A DNA stretch of 64,000 nucleotides from Octopus vulgaris (taxonomy: Eukaryota): the NCBI GenBank assembly GCA_951406725.2, contig OX597815.1, positions 74,958,001 to 75,022,000 on the forward strand, given 5' to 3'. The notes under the pieces were generated by a model. The model saw only the letters and a program-made list of their open reading frames with translations. It had not been told where the DNA came from and did no database searches. The first letter of the stretch is position 1. Each line of letters opens with the position of its first letter. This document shows positions 13,731-28,865 of this stretch, one piece after another. The position numbers and the translations under genes were made by a program.

Positions 13731-14536
13731 TATATACACACACGCATATATAAGAAAAGCCAATCTGAAGAAAAAGAAATTTTCAAAAATATGCAACAGC
13801 CTCAAATAGTCTACAATATCTCCATTGCTTCTATATAGTCTACAAAAATTTCTGCTTCTCTGAATTTGCAAGCTGCACCTTTTACCTTTTACTTATTTCA
13901 GTTATTGGACTGTAGCCATGTAGGGGCATTGCTTTGAAGGGTTTTTAGTTGAACAAATTGACTGCCCCCCCCCCATACTTATTAAGTCTGGTACTTATTC
14001 TATATGTCTCTTTTGATAAAACCACTGAGTAAACAAAATCAACTCCAGTTATCAAGTGGTGAGGAAACAAACACAGGCACAAAAATACACACACATATAA
14101 ATATATATATTCTTTTACTTGTTTTAGTCATTTGACTGCGGCCATGCTGGAACACCATCTTGAAGAGTTTTAATCAAGTAAAATCAACCCCGGGACTTAT
14201 TTTTTAAGTCTAGTACTTATTCTTTCCGTCTCTTTTCCTGAACTGCTAAGTTATGGGGACATACACACACTAAGACTGGTTGTCAAGCGGTGATGGGGTG
14301 GAGATAAACACAAACATAAAGACACACACATCATCATCATCATCATCATCGTTTAATGTCCATTTTCTGTGCTAGCATGGGTTGGACGGTTCGACCGGGG
14401 TCTGGGAAGCCAGGAGGCTGCACCAGGCTCCAGTCTGATCTGGCAGTGTTTCTACAGGTGGATGCCCTTCCTAATGCCAACCACTCCGTGAGTGTAGTGG
14501 GTGCTTTTTACGTGCCATATATTATATATATATATA

Positions 14537-14725
14537 CAGGGGTGGGGGTAGAGAGGATGAACATTTTTGAAAAATTCACAAAATCATGAATTTTAGTTGC
14601 AAACAAATTTTATTGACAACAATGTGTTCATACTGAATTAGCAACATCCATCATGCAGTGTCCATGTTCATTGATGCATTTCTAAAGACGTTCTTGGAAG
14701 TTGGACTCCTCTCTCTCCAGCATTA
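14537..14725 (-). mobile_element. Right-end fragment of the same Tc1/mariner family as 46455-47784
   Basis: TA|CAGGGGTGGGGGTAGAGAGGATGAACAT TIR followed by the reverse complement of the 47590-47750 region. Confidence 0.7.
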
Positions 14726-15999
14726 TTCTGCTGCATAGTCCCATAGTTTTAGCTGTTGCCCAATGACCAATTTTTATGGGTGGAAATGCAGGTTTTCATG
14801 CAAAATATGCCTTACCAATCGATTACTGATGACAAGTTCAGTGGAATGCCTGAAGAAACAAAGAAACAAACACACACATACACACAGATAGATATAACAG
14901 GCTTCCACACAGTTTCTGTCTATCAAATTCATTTACAAGACATTGATCAGCCAGGGTTATAGTATAAGACACTTGCTCAAGATGTTGCACAGTGAGACTG
15001 ATCCTAAAATCATGTGGTTACAACCTTTTTGATACCAAGCCAACTCCTGGTTCTTTGTCTTTTAAAGGGATCTGAATTAAAACCTACCCTAAAAATTCTA
15101 TGTTAATTTGTTCCCAACACCAGCGTAATAATGACAAAATTATTTTTCAAAATTCTTAATTACTTACAAAATTAATTGAAACAAAAACACTGTATTTCAA
15201 CAGAAATACAGTAAGGAAAGAATTAAATAAATACCACAAAGTGTAGATAGAGAAATACAAATGGGGGTTTCTAAAATTTGCAAATTATTTGAAAAAAATA
15301 AGCTTTAATTAAAATGAAATTTATGAAAAAATATTCCAGTTTAATAATTTTTTTCCCCTCATAAGTTTTACTTCTTTTAGAAGGCCTTTGGTTCCACACC
15401 TGTAGGATACTATTATATCTGACCATTACTTGACTACTCTGTGAACAAATCTGTGGCCAAAACGTCAGATTTTTATCACTTTTCATGACAACTAAAATCT
15501 TCATCTCCTACAAACTCTTTCATGTCCAATCTTTCATGAAAACATGTCAGGCCATTAGGATACTTGAAAACAGGCAAGGGTCGACAACAGGAAAGACATC
15601 CAGCTGTAGAGAACTTGCCCCAACAAACTCCATCCAAACCATGCAACCATAGAATATTAAACATTGTAAAGATGACATTTGTTGTTGATGATGATGATGA
15701 TAATGGTGGTGGTGTATAAATAAATCAAAGCCCTGCACTTTGTCAATCTATTTCCCTGAGTTAAATTTAGATGTTTCATCACTCCTTTGCTCACTTTACT
15801 ATACTGAAATGTGACATAAATAAATCACTTTATGAATATACACATAATGTACTTAATAAGCATGTGAACCTCACATATTCTCATTCCCACTTTAAATTCA
15901 TGGCCTACCAAAAAACAGAATCATTAAATATATCTGGTTTTGACATCTGAATAAAACCGTTTCATTATACAAGTTGAAAATCACATATTCTTCTCTCAA

Positions 16000-17075
16000 T
16001 CTACTACATATGTGACAAATCGATGAGTGTTTGTGACGTTGTTAGCTAACTCCTCCTACACTGTTTTATTGATTATGATGAAACTTGACATGTGAGTAGA
16101 ACTCCTGTCTTGAAACCTTGTGACATACTTAGATTGTTGAAAAAATTGATAATACAGCTACTGGAAGGGACCTTTATCTCTACCTCACATAACTATTTTT
16201 TTACACACCCAAGGGAAATAGCTCATAGCACCTGTACAATATTGGTTTTTAAACACTCAAGGGAAATAATCATTTCATTGCGTATGTTCAATTACTTTGA
16301 ATATTGATTTTTTTGTGTCCTATTTCTAGTTTTTGCAGATAAAATCACTTTTATACTTTATTTGACATGTGAGTAGAACTCATGTCTGGAAATCTTGTGA
16401 CATATTTCCATTGTTGAAAAAATCCATAATAGAGCCCTTCTAGTGGATCCTTCTATCTACTACATATTACTAATATTTTATTTAAAAAACCCAAGAGAAA
16501 TAACCCATACCACCTGCAGATTTAGTGAAGCGATCAATATTTGTTTTTCACGATCAGCTGGCCTAATTCTGCATTTCACTACTCTCAGTTCTGAACTGCT
16601 AAACATTATTATTGCACTTCTTTAATTTGAATCTTAAACATTAAAGACTTCATTCATACATTTCTGTACATACATACTTTTTTGAATGCCCATTACTCCG
16701 ATAATTCTGCATTTTTACAGTTACACTTTTGCACAATGTATTTGTAGTGGCTTCATGAGGCATAGCATGGATTCGATCATCGATTGCCAAATTTCACTTA
16801 ACACTTCAACAGCATTTTTCTCATGGTAAAACAATAGTTTTTCTGTGAATGACAGCAGTTATACATTTCTCAGATGCCTTCGCTAAGCCCCAACAACCTT
16901 TCTCGCCAACCTCGAACAATCTCTCCCTCCTCCAGCTGACAGTTTTTTGTACTTTTTTTGTGATAGAAAATACACCTTTTGTGGCAGTTATAACGAAATT
17001 GCTTTCATATATCAGAATAATAAGGCGTTTCAATTGAACATCTTTATCCCTGGGAATTACTGGGTACACCAGCAG
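16000..17075 (+). mobile_element. Non-autonomous Helitron-like element
   Basis: Starts A|TCTACTACATAT; ends with a degenerate hairpin CCCTGGGAATTACTGGG and CAGCAG|T (decayed CTAG|T). Internal diverged direct repeat (~16085-16265 vs ~16362-16520). Confidence 0.45.
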
Positions 17076-20000
17076 TATTTAAATAAATCTGAAGTCTTGC
17101 ATTTGTAGCAGTGATTTGAAACATAACTGCTAGATACTTGTCAGACACCACGTGTGAACCACTATAGTTTCCTGTGATTAATCTATGAATTGCGCAATTA
17201 GTGTGTGACTGCAGCATGATATCATTTTCTTAAATGTTCTTGTCCTCTATAAAAAAACTGTTTTGGCATTCAATTTATTGCATAGAAAAGAAGGCAGCTG
17301 AATGATTCCTGCTTCCACTCATGCTATTGTAGACAGTTCTGGACATCTGTGCAGACAACTCCTGGTTCTTCGACAAACTGAACTAAACATTCATGCAATG
17401 TCTCATAAGTAACTTTTACAGATGCAGTTCAGTTTATCTCTCTCTCCCAGTCAGCAATTATTAATATCTTTTACTGACCAGCTCATACAATCTCAGCAAT
17501 ATTGGTGACACTGTTCATCTTCACACCAGTGACATTGGTGACCCTCAACTTAAGAAAAGGCCAATAAAAAAAAAATCATGAAATTGGTGACAGCCGTTGT
17601 TCATCTTTTTGACATTTGATTATGTTCAACTTAGGAAAAAGGACAGCCAGCAAAAACTCACCTCAACAATAGTGACCTGACTAATCACCACTGCCAATAA
17701 CAACAAGTAAAAGATCAAAGGGGGCAGATGTCGCAGCTCATAGCTTTTACCACTGCAATCCTGACCTCTTTAAGCTGTGACATTATGATGCTAGAAATGG
17801 GTAGCTGTATCTTTCATCTGTGCAAAATAACAGTCAAAACCAACCTTCAGCTCTGAAGAAAGTCTTATCCTCCTTCAAATGTGTGATTTCAGAGTGAATT
17901 TTTATCCAGAATCATTCCAAGTGCACTGTAACAACTAGTGTGAGCTATTTGTTTAAAAATATTGTGTAACATATCACAAGACATGACAAGCCCAGACATA
18001 CCTTTGTGATGGATTGCAATCAAATGACATCGTCAAGGAACCATTGTTCTAACACACACATGCACACTCTCTCTCTCTCTCTTTCAGTTTCCATCTACCA
18101 AATTCACTTACAAAGCTTTGATCAGTCCAGGGTTATGCTAAAAAATACTTGCCAAAGGTGTTAGGCTGTAGGACTGAACCTGAAAGCATGTGGTTGGGAA
18201 GCAAACTTCTTAACCATGCAGTCATGCTTGTGTGGTTAAATATAAAGAGACCCACACACATACCATAATTAACTGAGATGGGCAAAACAAGACTAAATAC
18301 CTTATAGTATTTAATCTCATCTCAACAAACTGATGTGAATTTTGTTTAGGTCGATGAACACAAGTAAAATGCTAGGTTGATTAAGTTAACTCTATTACTT
18401 CAGTTACAAAATTAATAAGCCTTGTGCATCGATGTAAGAAATCAATATTAAATATAGTATTCAAGGCCAAGTTCTGTAAAGTAATGATGAGCTCTTAAGC
18501 CAGATCTGCTGACAGGTTTCAGTTTCCAGGTACATTTTCATGCCAATCATTCATAAATGATACGCAAAATAATAAATATTGCAAACTAAACATTAGAAAA
18601 TTAGAAATGTTGCACAATTACACAGAGACTCCCACACATATTACACGCACACACACTCCCACACATACACTTTGCAATTAAATAATTCAGTTCAATACTC
18701 AAACAAGTTCTCTCTTGTTAGATAAATCGTTATCTCAAAACACTGTCTCTAAGAGACAAAGTGATTATCTTGCTGATACAGATATACAGTCATACATACA
18801 TACATGTGTGTTTGTGTGTGTACATATATACATAACTCTCCACATACATATACACCACATACAAACAAACAAATAAAAGTAGTATTACATTAAACAAGGA
18901 AGTAACAAAGCATTAAAAATTCAATAAGTGCCAAGGTTAACTATGTTTTTAATCCTTCTGCAGCCAACAAAATAAAATATCAGTCCAGTGCTATGATTAA
19001 TGTGATTGACTATAACCAAACCCCTAAATTTGTGGCCTTGTGCCACATGTAACGGACAGTTGAAAACATCCTGTCATCATATACAATATTTTTGTGGACA
19101 GAAAGGAGGATTCAATTGCATCAGTTTCAATCTGAATTGGGATTTCATATAATGCATTCTTGACAGCTAGTCCAATTAATAATATGCAAATAAGTCTCCC
19201 CAATTTCCTCATAATATCCTTAATAATAGACACAGGAGAAGAGAGAGTACAATTTCGCAATTAAAGCATATGGCTATTCTTTGAATGTTGTCCATAATGT
19301 GTGTGTGTGTGTATACATATGATGATAAATGTGTAGGCAGAAATTGCGTAAGATGTACCCGGTGCAATCTATGGACACATAAGAGGTGCAGTGATATCAG
19401 AGTAAGGTTAACCGAGAAAATAGGTTTTGTGTGGAAGGTGCGCTGGTGTGATAAAAACTAAAAATGTACAGAAAATAGACTCCGTCAAATGCTGGGGGTG
19501 GGGGTGGGGTAAAGAAGTAAAGATAAATTAAGAAAGAGTTTCAGTGGGAGGGAGAAAGGGTTGTTGTTTATTCCAAAACTGTACCTTCTTTACATTTTGT
19601 TACAAATTTAATGAATAATTATATTTTATATATTTATACTTTAGTGATATAAAAATTTGAATTACTGCTTTGTCAGATGACAGTTAATTTTAAATGTCAT
19701 TCAACATGTTTATCACACTGAGATATATTTTGGAGATAACTGACACATATTCTGAGTTGTTTAAGATATTTTGGACTGAGTACTTTCCCTGCTAAGTGAC
19801 ATTGAAAACATTGGTGTGGGAGTGATTGTCATGCATGAGCTAATTCCAATATCTTCTTGCGTCATATCAAACATGACGGTAAAGATTTAAGGCATTTCTA
19901 AGTATGTGAAATATTTGCATGTCATCTGACTTACAGTTAGATTATTGATGTGATTAATGTAACTTCAATAGAAGACCACTCTACTCCTAATATGTGTGGG

Positions 20001-20405
20001 TAAAGCAGAAACTGTCAGTAGATATCTGAAAGTGATTTGCACTTGACGTATTTTATTATCAGGGTACTTAGTTCAGGGGGCTAAGTCAATGATTCAACTG
20101 TTATGAATTTTAACTGATTGTGAAATATGTACTGTTTACCTGACCTGTTTTTTGGCTACTCTATTAATGGAACTGTGATCAGGACATTTACCTTCTTCTG
20201 GAGTTTAGCAATTATATTAGGTCTTGTAATCCAAAGAAATATTTATCTTAAACTATTTCATATCAAGCTAAGTGTACCTCTGGTTGTATGACACCAACTT
20301 GTTTTAAAATAATCTAAATTCAAAATTTCCTTCGACATTTTGTATTAGTTGTGTTCCAAACATCACCATCATCAAAATAATGATAACAACAACAACAACA
20401 ACAAC

Positions 20406-20441
<36 letters not shown>

Positions 20442-21909
20442 TTAACACTCATTTTCCATGCTGGCATGGGTTGGATGCTTTGCCAGTGGGTGGTGAGCCA
20501 GGAGACTGCACCAAGCTTCAATCCAATGTCTGTTCTGGCATGATTTCTACAGCTGGATACCCTTCTTAACACCTGCCAAACACAAAATAATAATAAAGTT
20601 TTTTAATTTTACCAAACTCTTCATTATTTTCAAAACTGATTGAGATACAAGCAGTGTATTTCAACAGAATTATAGTAACGAAGGGATTAAAATATATAAA
20701 TGATTGCCTGTGTTGTCTACCTGAATGTCTGTTTGTCTATGTCTCTGTCGGTCTGTCAGGCTGATTGTCTGTTCCAAGCTGAATGTATAGAAATATACCT
20801 TTCCAAAGAGAAGGCTATAAACAATGCAATTTATTCTGATACTTTTTACATTCTTAAAAAAAAAGCACTTGATAAAAGTTATTGAAAAATAATTCATTTA
20901 AAGTAATTATTGAAATTAGTACATAGTTAAGAAGGTTTTCCTCCCAATTATATGGTCTTGGGTTCAGCCCTATTGCACAGCCCCTTGGGTAAGTGTCTTC
21001 TGCTATAGCTCTGGGGTTTGGTAGATGACAGAATCTGAAAAAAGCTCATTGTGTGTGTGTGTGTGAGGGGGGGTGTACACTCTTGTCTTGACATTATGTG
21101 ATGGTTGTAAATGGCCATCACTGTTCCTGAAGTGCTGTGTTTTTTTTTCCAGTCCTCTGTGGAAGCATATGCTTGGCTATAGAAAATATTACCTTGCTTG
21201 GAAACTGGTGGGGTGACGCATCAGGAAGAACATCTAGTTGCAGAAAATAAACCTCAATAGCATGGAAAAGTGGATACTAAAATGAGGGTGATGAAAATGA
21301 TGATGAATGAAAAAATGAAAAATAATTTGTTAGAAAATATATAAAAAAATATGCTAAAGTTTTGTTATTTGTTCTATATTTGCGTATTTATTTGCATGTT
21401 TTTATGTACCTCAATTTGAACCATCTCCTGAAATGCTGGTATACAAACACAGTTCTGCATGAATGAAAAGGCATAGCATCTTGTTTGATGCTCTGACAAG
21501 TCTGACAATCCAGTATTCTGGATTGCTACTTTTTTTTGAACCTGAGAGAAAGGATGAAAGGCAAAAGTTGATCTCAGCTGGATTTGAACCCAAAGCTCAG
21601 AAATTTATAATAAATATTGTGCAGTATTCTATCCAACACTAGCAAACGTTGACTATTTGTATGATTTTACAATTTGATTGGTACTGATGATCCTAAGGCG
21701 AAGGACTTAAGATTGAATACTAATTAGTCAATCCAGTAGGTGGGGGCCTCACTTCAGTGATGGGGACTGGTAAAACTGTAAGCAAAACACCCTGAAACAT
21801 TACACAGTTTTTCTGATTAACCCTGAAACTTACTGGGGTTTGGTATGTGGAGCTTTCAATTGACGTCATTTGCAGAAGCAAGCTGTTTATAAGTCTCTGT
21901 ATGTATACA

Positions 21910-21967
<58 letters not shown>

Positions 21968-22006
21968 TCTCACACGCATACATATATATCAGTCATCATT
22001 GTCTTT

Positions 22007-22830
22007 ATTTACATTATTTACAATTGACGGATATTTGTCCTCATCTTGTTTGTTGTTAACATAACGTTTAGGCTGATATACCCTCCAGCCTTCATCAGGT
22101 GTCTTGGGGAAATTTTGAACCTGGGTTCTCATTCCTAAAGTATTCATAAATATCTTCTTCGAGTAAAACCGCCAATAGAAGAGAATATGACTAAAAGCTG
22201 CATGCATTCCATCCCATACAGCTGTGGTAGGTTATACAAAGGCGAAACATGCTGCCCTCTCAAAATAAGGGTAGAGGAACATCACAAAGCTGCGACATGG
22301 GGAGATATTGATAAACCGGGTGTAGCTGATCATGTATGGAAAAATGGAGACTACCCACCCCTGTGGGATGAAGTTAGAATAATAGACAGAGAACACCACT
22401 GGAAAATATGAAAACTAAAAGTCGCAGCACATATGCTTGAACACAACAACCTTCTAAGCAGACCGAGTGCAGATATGAACAGCATATAAGAATCGGTATT
22501 AAGGAAGGATAGGAGAATATTAGATTTATAAGCCCCAAAATTCATTCCATAATTGCCCATGGGCATATGGCATAGTGGTTAAGAGCACTGGCTACTAACC
22601 CCAAGATTCTGAGTTGAATTCCAGGCAGTGACCTGAATAATAATAAATAACAATTATAATAACAACACTGAAAAATACTTTAGGAATGAGAACCCAGGTT
22701 CGAAAATTTCCCCTAGACACCTGATGAGGGTATATCAGCTAAAACGTGATAACAACAAACAAAATGAGGACAAATATCTGTCTAATGTAAATAATGTACA
22801 TAATTCCTTATCTCTTAAATATAGAACTGT
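22007..22830 (+). mobile_element. 5'-truncated Penelope-like element with inverted pseudo-LTR, GIY-YIG remnant and hammerhead motifs
   Basis: 12-bp TSD ATCATTGTCTTT (21995-22006 and 22831-22842). 22007-22144 is the reverse complement of ~22674-22800. Encodes SIPYSCGRLYKGET..LKIRVEEH...VADHVW (GIY-YIG). Confidence 0.85.
22055..22105 (-). ncRNA. Degenerate minimal hammerhead ribozyme motif in Penelope pLTR
   Basis: Minus strand CCTGATGAA-GGCTG-GAGGGTATAT-CAGCC-TAAACGTT: CUGAUGA core, 5-bp stem II, GAAAC altered to TAAAC. A second, more damaged copy lies on + at 22721-22747. Confidence 0.55.
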
Positions 22831-23785
22831 ATCATTGTCTTTCTTTAACATCCATGTTCCTTACTAGAATAGGTTGAACTGTTTGATAGGATCTGGTCCA
22901 AAGATTGCTTCATGCTCCAGTGTCTACTTTGTCATGGTTTCCAAGGCTAGATGTTCTCTCTAATACCAACCACTTAACAATCGTTATCATTTTTTTTTAA
23001 TGTTCACTTTTTTGTGCTTGAATGGGTCAGATGGTATTTATTGAAACAAATTTCTGTGGCTGGACATGTTTCATGAAAGGACACCATTTGTCCAACTGTG
23101 TCAGTTGTCTAGAACTATCATGTAATATCAAGATGAGGAGACACAGAATCTCTTTTTGTGACAGGCTTCTTTCAATTTCCATCTACCAAATCCATGTGCA
23201 AAGCTTTGGTTGGTATAGGGCTTATAGTAGATAATATTTGTCCAAATTTTCACACAGTAGGACTGAATAGAATAACTATGCGTTTAGGAAACAAACTCCT
23301 TAACCACACACTCATACCTGCATCAAGGCACCATTAGCAATCCTCTCCCCTGCATCTATCCTTCAATCTTACTGAATCCTTACAGACGATGCCTGCCTTC
23401 CATCTCCCATTTCCTTGCACCTCTACACTCCTAGCTTCTCCATCTTCACTTCTACTCACCTTGTACCTTGAGGTGCCATCTGGACACCTCATCACTGCTA
23501 TTTATCTCTTCACAGCTACTACTGATTTATTTCTAACTCCCTCCTAAATTGTGAGTAGCCACAAAGTCCCTCCCTTTGAATTTTCTAGGCTTGCAAGGTG
23601 CATGGTGACCTCCATAGTGCAGGCGGCACAAGAAAAGCAACCAGTACATGCTCTAAAGTGTTTGGCATAAGGAAGGGCATCCAGCTATAAAAATCATGTC
23701 AAAATCAGCTCCTTAATCACAACGCAGTCTTTGAACCCATTGGATCCTTGTCAAGCTGTCCAACCCATACCTTCGTAGAACATGA

Positions 23786-24079
<294 letters not shown>

Positions 24080-25942
24080 TAATTGGTGATTTCACTGGTG
24101 CTGTTAGCATGAAAATACACACAGTACACACTGTATGGTGGTTGGTATTCGGTAGGACATCCAGCCATAGAAAATATGTTAATGCTGACCCTGGAGCTTA
24201 GCACAGCCCTGTGGTTTGCCCAATCCTGTCAAACCATCCAACCCATGCTGTCATGGAAAATGGACATTAAATGATAATGATAGTGGTGATATGACTCTCT
24301 GGATGCTTTTATCGTCATCATTGTCTTCATCATTTTAATATTTACTTTTCCATGCTTGCATGGGTTGGACAAGACTACATTGTTGCAGAATTTTGTCTAA
24401 GTACTGCTCCTGATCTCAACCATTACCTGTTTCCAAGTAAGGTAATAATCCCCTGTCTACTGAACAGTAACAGTCCAGATTGGAGAGAAACAACACTGTT
24501 TGAATAAGCCATTTGTTTACTGTCAGCAAACACATCTAAAGACAAGTGAATTCACTCATACAAACACAGAGACACACATGTACATTACATACATTATACA
24601 TACATACGGGTGCACGCACACACACATACACACACGTGGTATTGGTTGATCTGTGGCTAGAGTAAAGAATAGCATTCATGGTGCGGGACTGAATTTCTAG
24701 TCAGGTGATTCCAAAGGAAACTTGTTAACCACACAGCCATGCTTGTGCTTTGGCATATTAGAGTATTAGAGACTGAAACATTTCTTGTTGTAAATTTGGA
24801 TGGGAGACTATTAGTTTTTCTTTTCATTGTGCTTTAGGCTGACATTCCTGTGCCTGCTGTAAAGCACACCAGCATGATATTTTGCTGGCTCCCTTAACAT
24901 AGTTAAGATATAATTAGAAATTAATTTATTTTCTATTTGCAAGCAAGAACTCTTGTAATCTAAGTAAGATGGCCAGCATCTCTTAAGTGAGTATGTTGCA
25001 GACAACCTTACTGTATTTCCGTCTACTTAATCTCTTATTATATAAGGAAATCATAAACATGTGCCACTTATGTTTTTCTTTCTATGTTTGATCTCCATTA
25101 TACAATAAGAACTGCTTGTCATGTAAATCTGTAGTTAGCTGTGATTATATGTATTACTTGCTTGGAATTAGTTTTGGATTATTTTTAGTTCCTACTTCCA
25201 ATTCAGTTTGGTACTAAGTACATATCCAGGAAAAAAGACACCTGATAATGAGACATTATCATTAATATCATCATTTAACATCTTCCATTTTCCATAAAAG
25301 CATAGGTTGGCTGTTTTAACAGGAGCTGGTGAGCCAGAGAACTGCACTAAATGCTAATGTCTGTTTTGGCATGGTTTCTATGGTTGGATGTCCTTAACAT
25401 CAACCATTTTGCAGTGTGTACTGGGTGCTTTTTACATTGCTTTGGCTCTAGTGAAGTCACCAAGTAGCTTGCAAGACAAGACCTCAATCTCTCAAATGAA
25501 GTGGGAGTAGTATTGAGGGAGGTGGCTTTATGCCAGGTGATGAGAGACAGAAAAAGGTGTCTTGCAGTAGATTTTGGAAAGATTTAGAAACTTTAAGAAT
25601 GTTTTCAGACATTCTTAGGAAATTTTAAATCAATGTCTATTGATCTGGTTTTGATTGTTCTTTACAGTCTACAACATAAGGCTCATTGAAATTTTCTTTA
25701 TTCCCCTCAGTAAATTTTGTAATTCATATTTATAGAATACTGCATGTTGGTTGAGAAATGAATGTTATTTTAAAAATAGTTTTTTCAACTGTACTGACAG
25801 CTTTTTGTTCCAAAAATAACAACAAATATTGTTGTTGAATATTAACAAGTTGCACAAGTGACTTTAGTTCATACTCCTGAACTACAGCTTGCAATTCTGT
25901 TAAGATGTTGTGAAGAGATAGTTATTTAGTTTGGGGTCTGTC

Positions 25943-26689
25943 TTGATTAGAAAGCCTGGATCTTTTCTGTTCAGCTTTCATTTCTCAATTCCTTCAATTT
26001 TCTTCCAATTGATTTCAAATTTGGTGTATTTATATAGTTTTGTATGCTAATTATGGAAATGAAGTTCATTTCCCCCATAAATTAGTAAATATTAAAGCTA
26101 ATAGCTTTTAAAGTTTATAAATTTTGGTTAATTTTAGCCAACTGAAAGCCACAGACATATTGGTGCATGTTTTTATAGTAACAGCCCAAGCTGTTGTATT
26201 AGTCTGCTTACTCATTTGTTGTTGCCCTGTCCCATTCACACATAGTTTACCTATCTGCTGCTGTCAGAGCTATAGTTTTTTTTCCCCTATAATTAAATGT
26301 TTTTGCTACAAAACATGTATTGTTTACATGAAATGAACTGCAGTTTGTTTTGTTGCAATACCTATTTCAAAATTCACATGATTTAATTCATGAAAACTTA
26401 TTAAAACTTCCATCATTAAATGTCTTGTCATCCTAATATTGATAGTTGTTGTAATGTTGTCATCACAAACAAAATGCTAGCTTCCAAATCCTGTTTTCTC
26501 ATTGGGTAAAACTTATCAAACTTTAAACCTCTGTAACATTTTCCTAAAATTTTTCTGGAACAATTGAATCTGAACATCAGATTCAGTGTGAAAAATTACA
26601 TTAGTACACTAAATCTGAAAATGTTCACTTCATTTTAAAATTTCATAAAGTGAAGCCAAACAGAAAAGATCTGAAAGTCTTGTAATCAA
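25943..26689. mobile_element. Old MITE with imperfect ~35-bp TIRs
   Basis: TTGATTAGAAAGCCTGGATCTTTTCTGTTCAGCTT vs AAGCCAAACAGAAAAGATCTGAAAGTCTTGTAATCAA. Confidence 0.5.
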
Positions 26690-28219
26690 TGCCATTCTGT
26701 GTTTGCTTTTTTTTCATATGCTAGTATACATTATTTAATGCATTCCTTTTTTTTGGGTACACTGACATTTCTTCACTAACTTCTCACCTTTTGCAACTGG
26801 GGTAGCCATGCATCTCCTTTACTGCAAGACATCTATTTCTGCCCCTCTATCATATTTTAACCTCTCATAATCTGGCTTGTAGCCACCTCCCTCAGTAATA
26901 CTGCCCACCTTTTCAGTTGAGGGGTCTTATTTGGCAAGTTACTTGGTAACCACACTTGTGCTGGTGCTATGTAAAAACCACCCAGTACACTATAAAGTGG
27001 TGGGTATTAGGAAGGACATCCAGCCATAGAAATCCATGCCAAATCAGACAGTGAAGCTTGGTGCAGTCTTCTGGCTTATCAGCTCCTGAACTATCCAACC
27101 CATGCATAGAAAACAAGTATTAAACAATGATGATGACAATGATGATTGATGATGATAGGGTGTGATTTGAGGGCTATTTAGCTGCTATTACACTGTGTAA
27201 CAGAATTTTTATCCTTTGGTAGCAGCTGTTACTTCCTGTTTGCTTATTCCTAGAAAGTATGGAAAATGACTAATATTTCCTTCGAACTTTTGCTTTGGTT
27301 ACATTTATTCAAACTCTGAAGAATCTCTTTCTACACATGACTGATGTTCCCCCACTACTCCTGCTCATGATCAGAGATACACATATTGTCAACCACTAAG
27401 GGACATGCTCAAGTATTTAAGGTCAAGCAACTGACAAGCAAATCTGCAGTATTGAGCAGAATATTTACTATAATGATATTTCTGCTTAAGCAACTCAGTG
27501 CTGAATTTATCTGAAATATAATGAAAAATCTGTCACTTTCATGACATTGATATCCAGGTCACAAGTGCAAAGTTTGAAGGGAATACTTGTCATTTCCTTT
27601 GATTTCTAGATAGAAGGAAATGAGAAATAACACTTATTGAGAAAAGACAAAAAGAAAAAAAATTGTTACATTAGTAGATTGAGCAAATATTTAAAGGTTC
27701 CTTTTTTGATTCAGTAGCATCAAAGTATTTCTTGGCTCTAAACATCAAGTCAGTTTGTGCAGTTTTGAATATACTGAGAATGTGATGTAATTATTAGCAG
27801 GGGTGGGGCATTGTATGATGTGATGAGTTCTCTCTGATGTAGTCAACAGGATCTTATAGCCTATTGAGTAAGAAGTGACAGTATCACTTCTCACTTAACA
27901 GACTTCAGGATCTTGTTATGATTAATGTTTTTAAAATGCAAATATTACTTCTTTAAGGGTTTCTTTGAAATAAGTAACATTTCCATTTTAAAAACATTAA
28001 TCATTATTATATTTAAACATTTTTCTTAATGGAGAAAAAAAAAATAAACAGTGTAGGTTGTTCATTATTTTCATCATCATTTAATGTTCACTTTTCTATG
28101 CTTAAATGGACCTGACAGAATTTGTTGGGGCAGACTTTTTCTACAGTTTGATACCCTTCCTGTCACCATCCTTCACCTGTTTACAAATTAGGTAATATTT
28201 CCCCATAACCAGACTCATT

Positions 28220-28222
<3 letters not shown>

Positions 28223-28306
<84 letters not shown>

Positions 28307-28330
28307 ATGCACACACACACACACACACAC
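28223..28330. repeat. (CA)n microsatellite inside a SINE
   Basis: About 50 near-perfect CA units. Confidence 0.95.
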
Positions 28331-28809
28331 AAACACTTTACTTGCAAGGGTTTGACCCAAGGTGCCACTCAGTAGGATTGAACCCATTCTGATACAGTTA
28401 GGATTCAAGCTTCTTGACCACACAGCCATGCCTATTCTCAAATGTAAATATCTGGTAAGTCTTACTGGTAATTCAGTGGAGGGAAAACGGAGTTTGGCAT
28501 CTACATAGGAGTGTGATAAGGTTTATGGTGAAAATGTATTATTGATAAAGATGAATGAGAAAATTATGGAGATAACATGCAGAGAGAAGGCAACAGAGTT
28601 CATAGAATGAATGATTTAGATGATGTCACCAAGTCAAATCTGTAGAAAAATAATTACTGACAACAGTTGATCAAAGGCTTTTCTTGTATTGAGTACAATA
28701 AACCGAGGCTTTTAGGTGTGCCGCAAGAAATATCAAAAATTATCTAGAGACTATTAGAGATCTTAATTAAAAATAGCTATATTCATATGCTTAATATATA
28801 TATATATGT

Positions 28810-28865
<56 letters not shown>

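Noticed and set aside
22563-22632. Functional tRNA gene
   Set aside because: Acceptor and anticodon stems pair poorly and it lies inside a TSD-bounded element; treated as a tRNA-derived head only.
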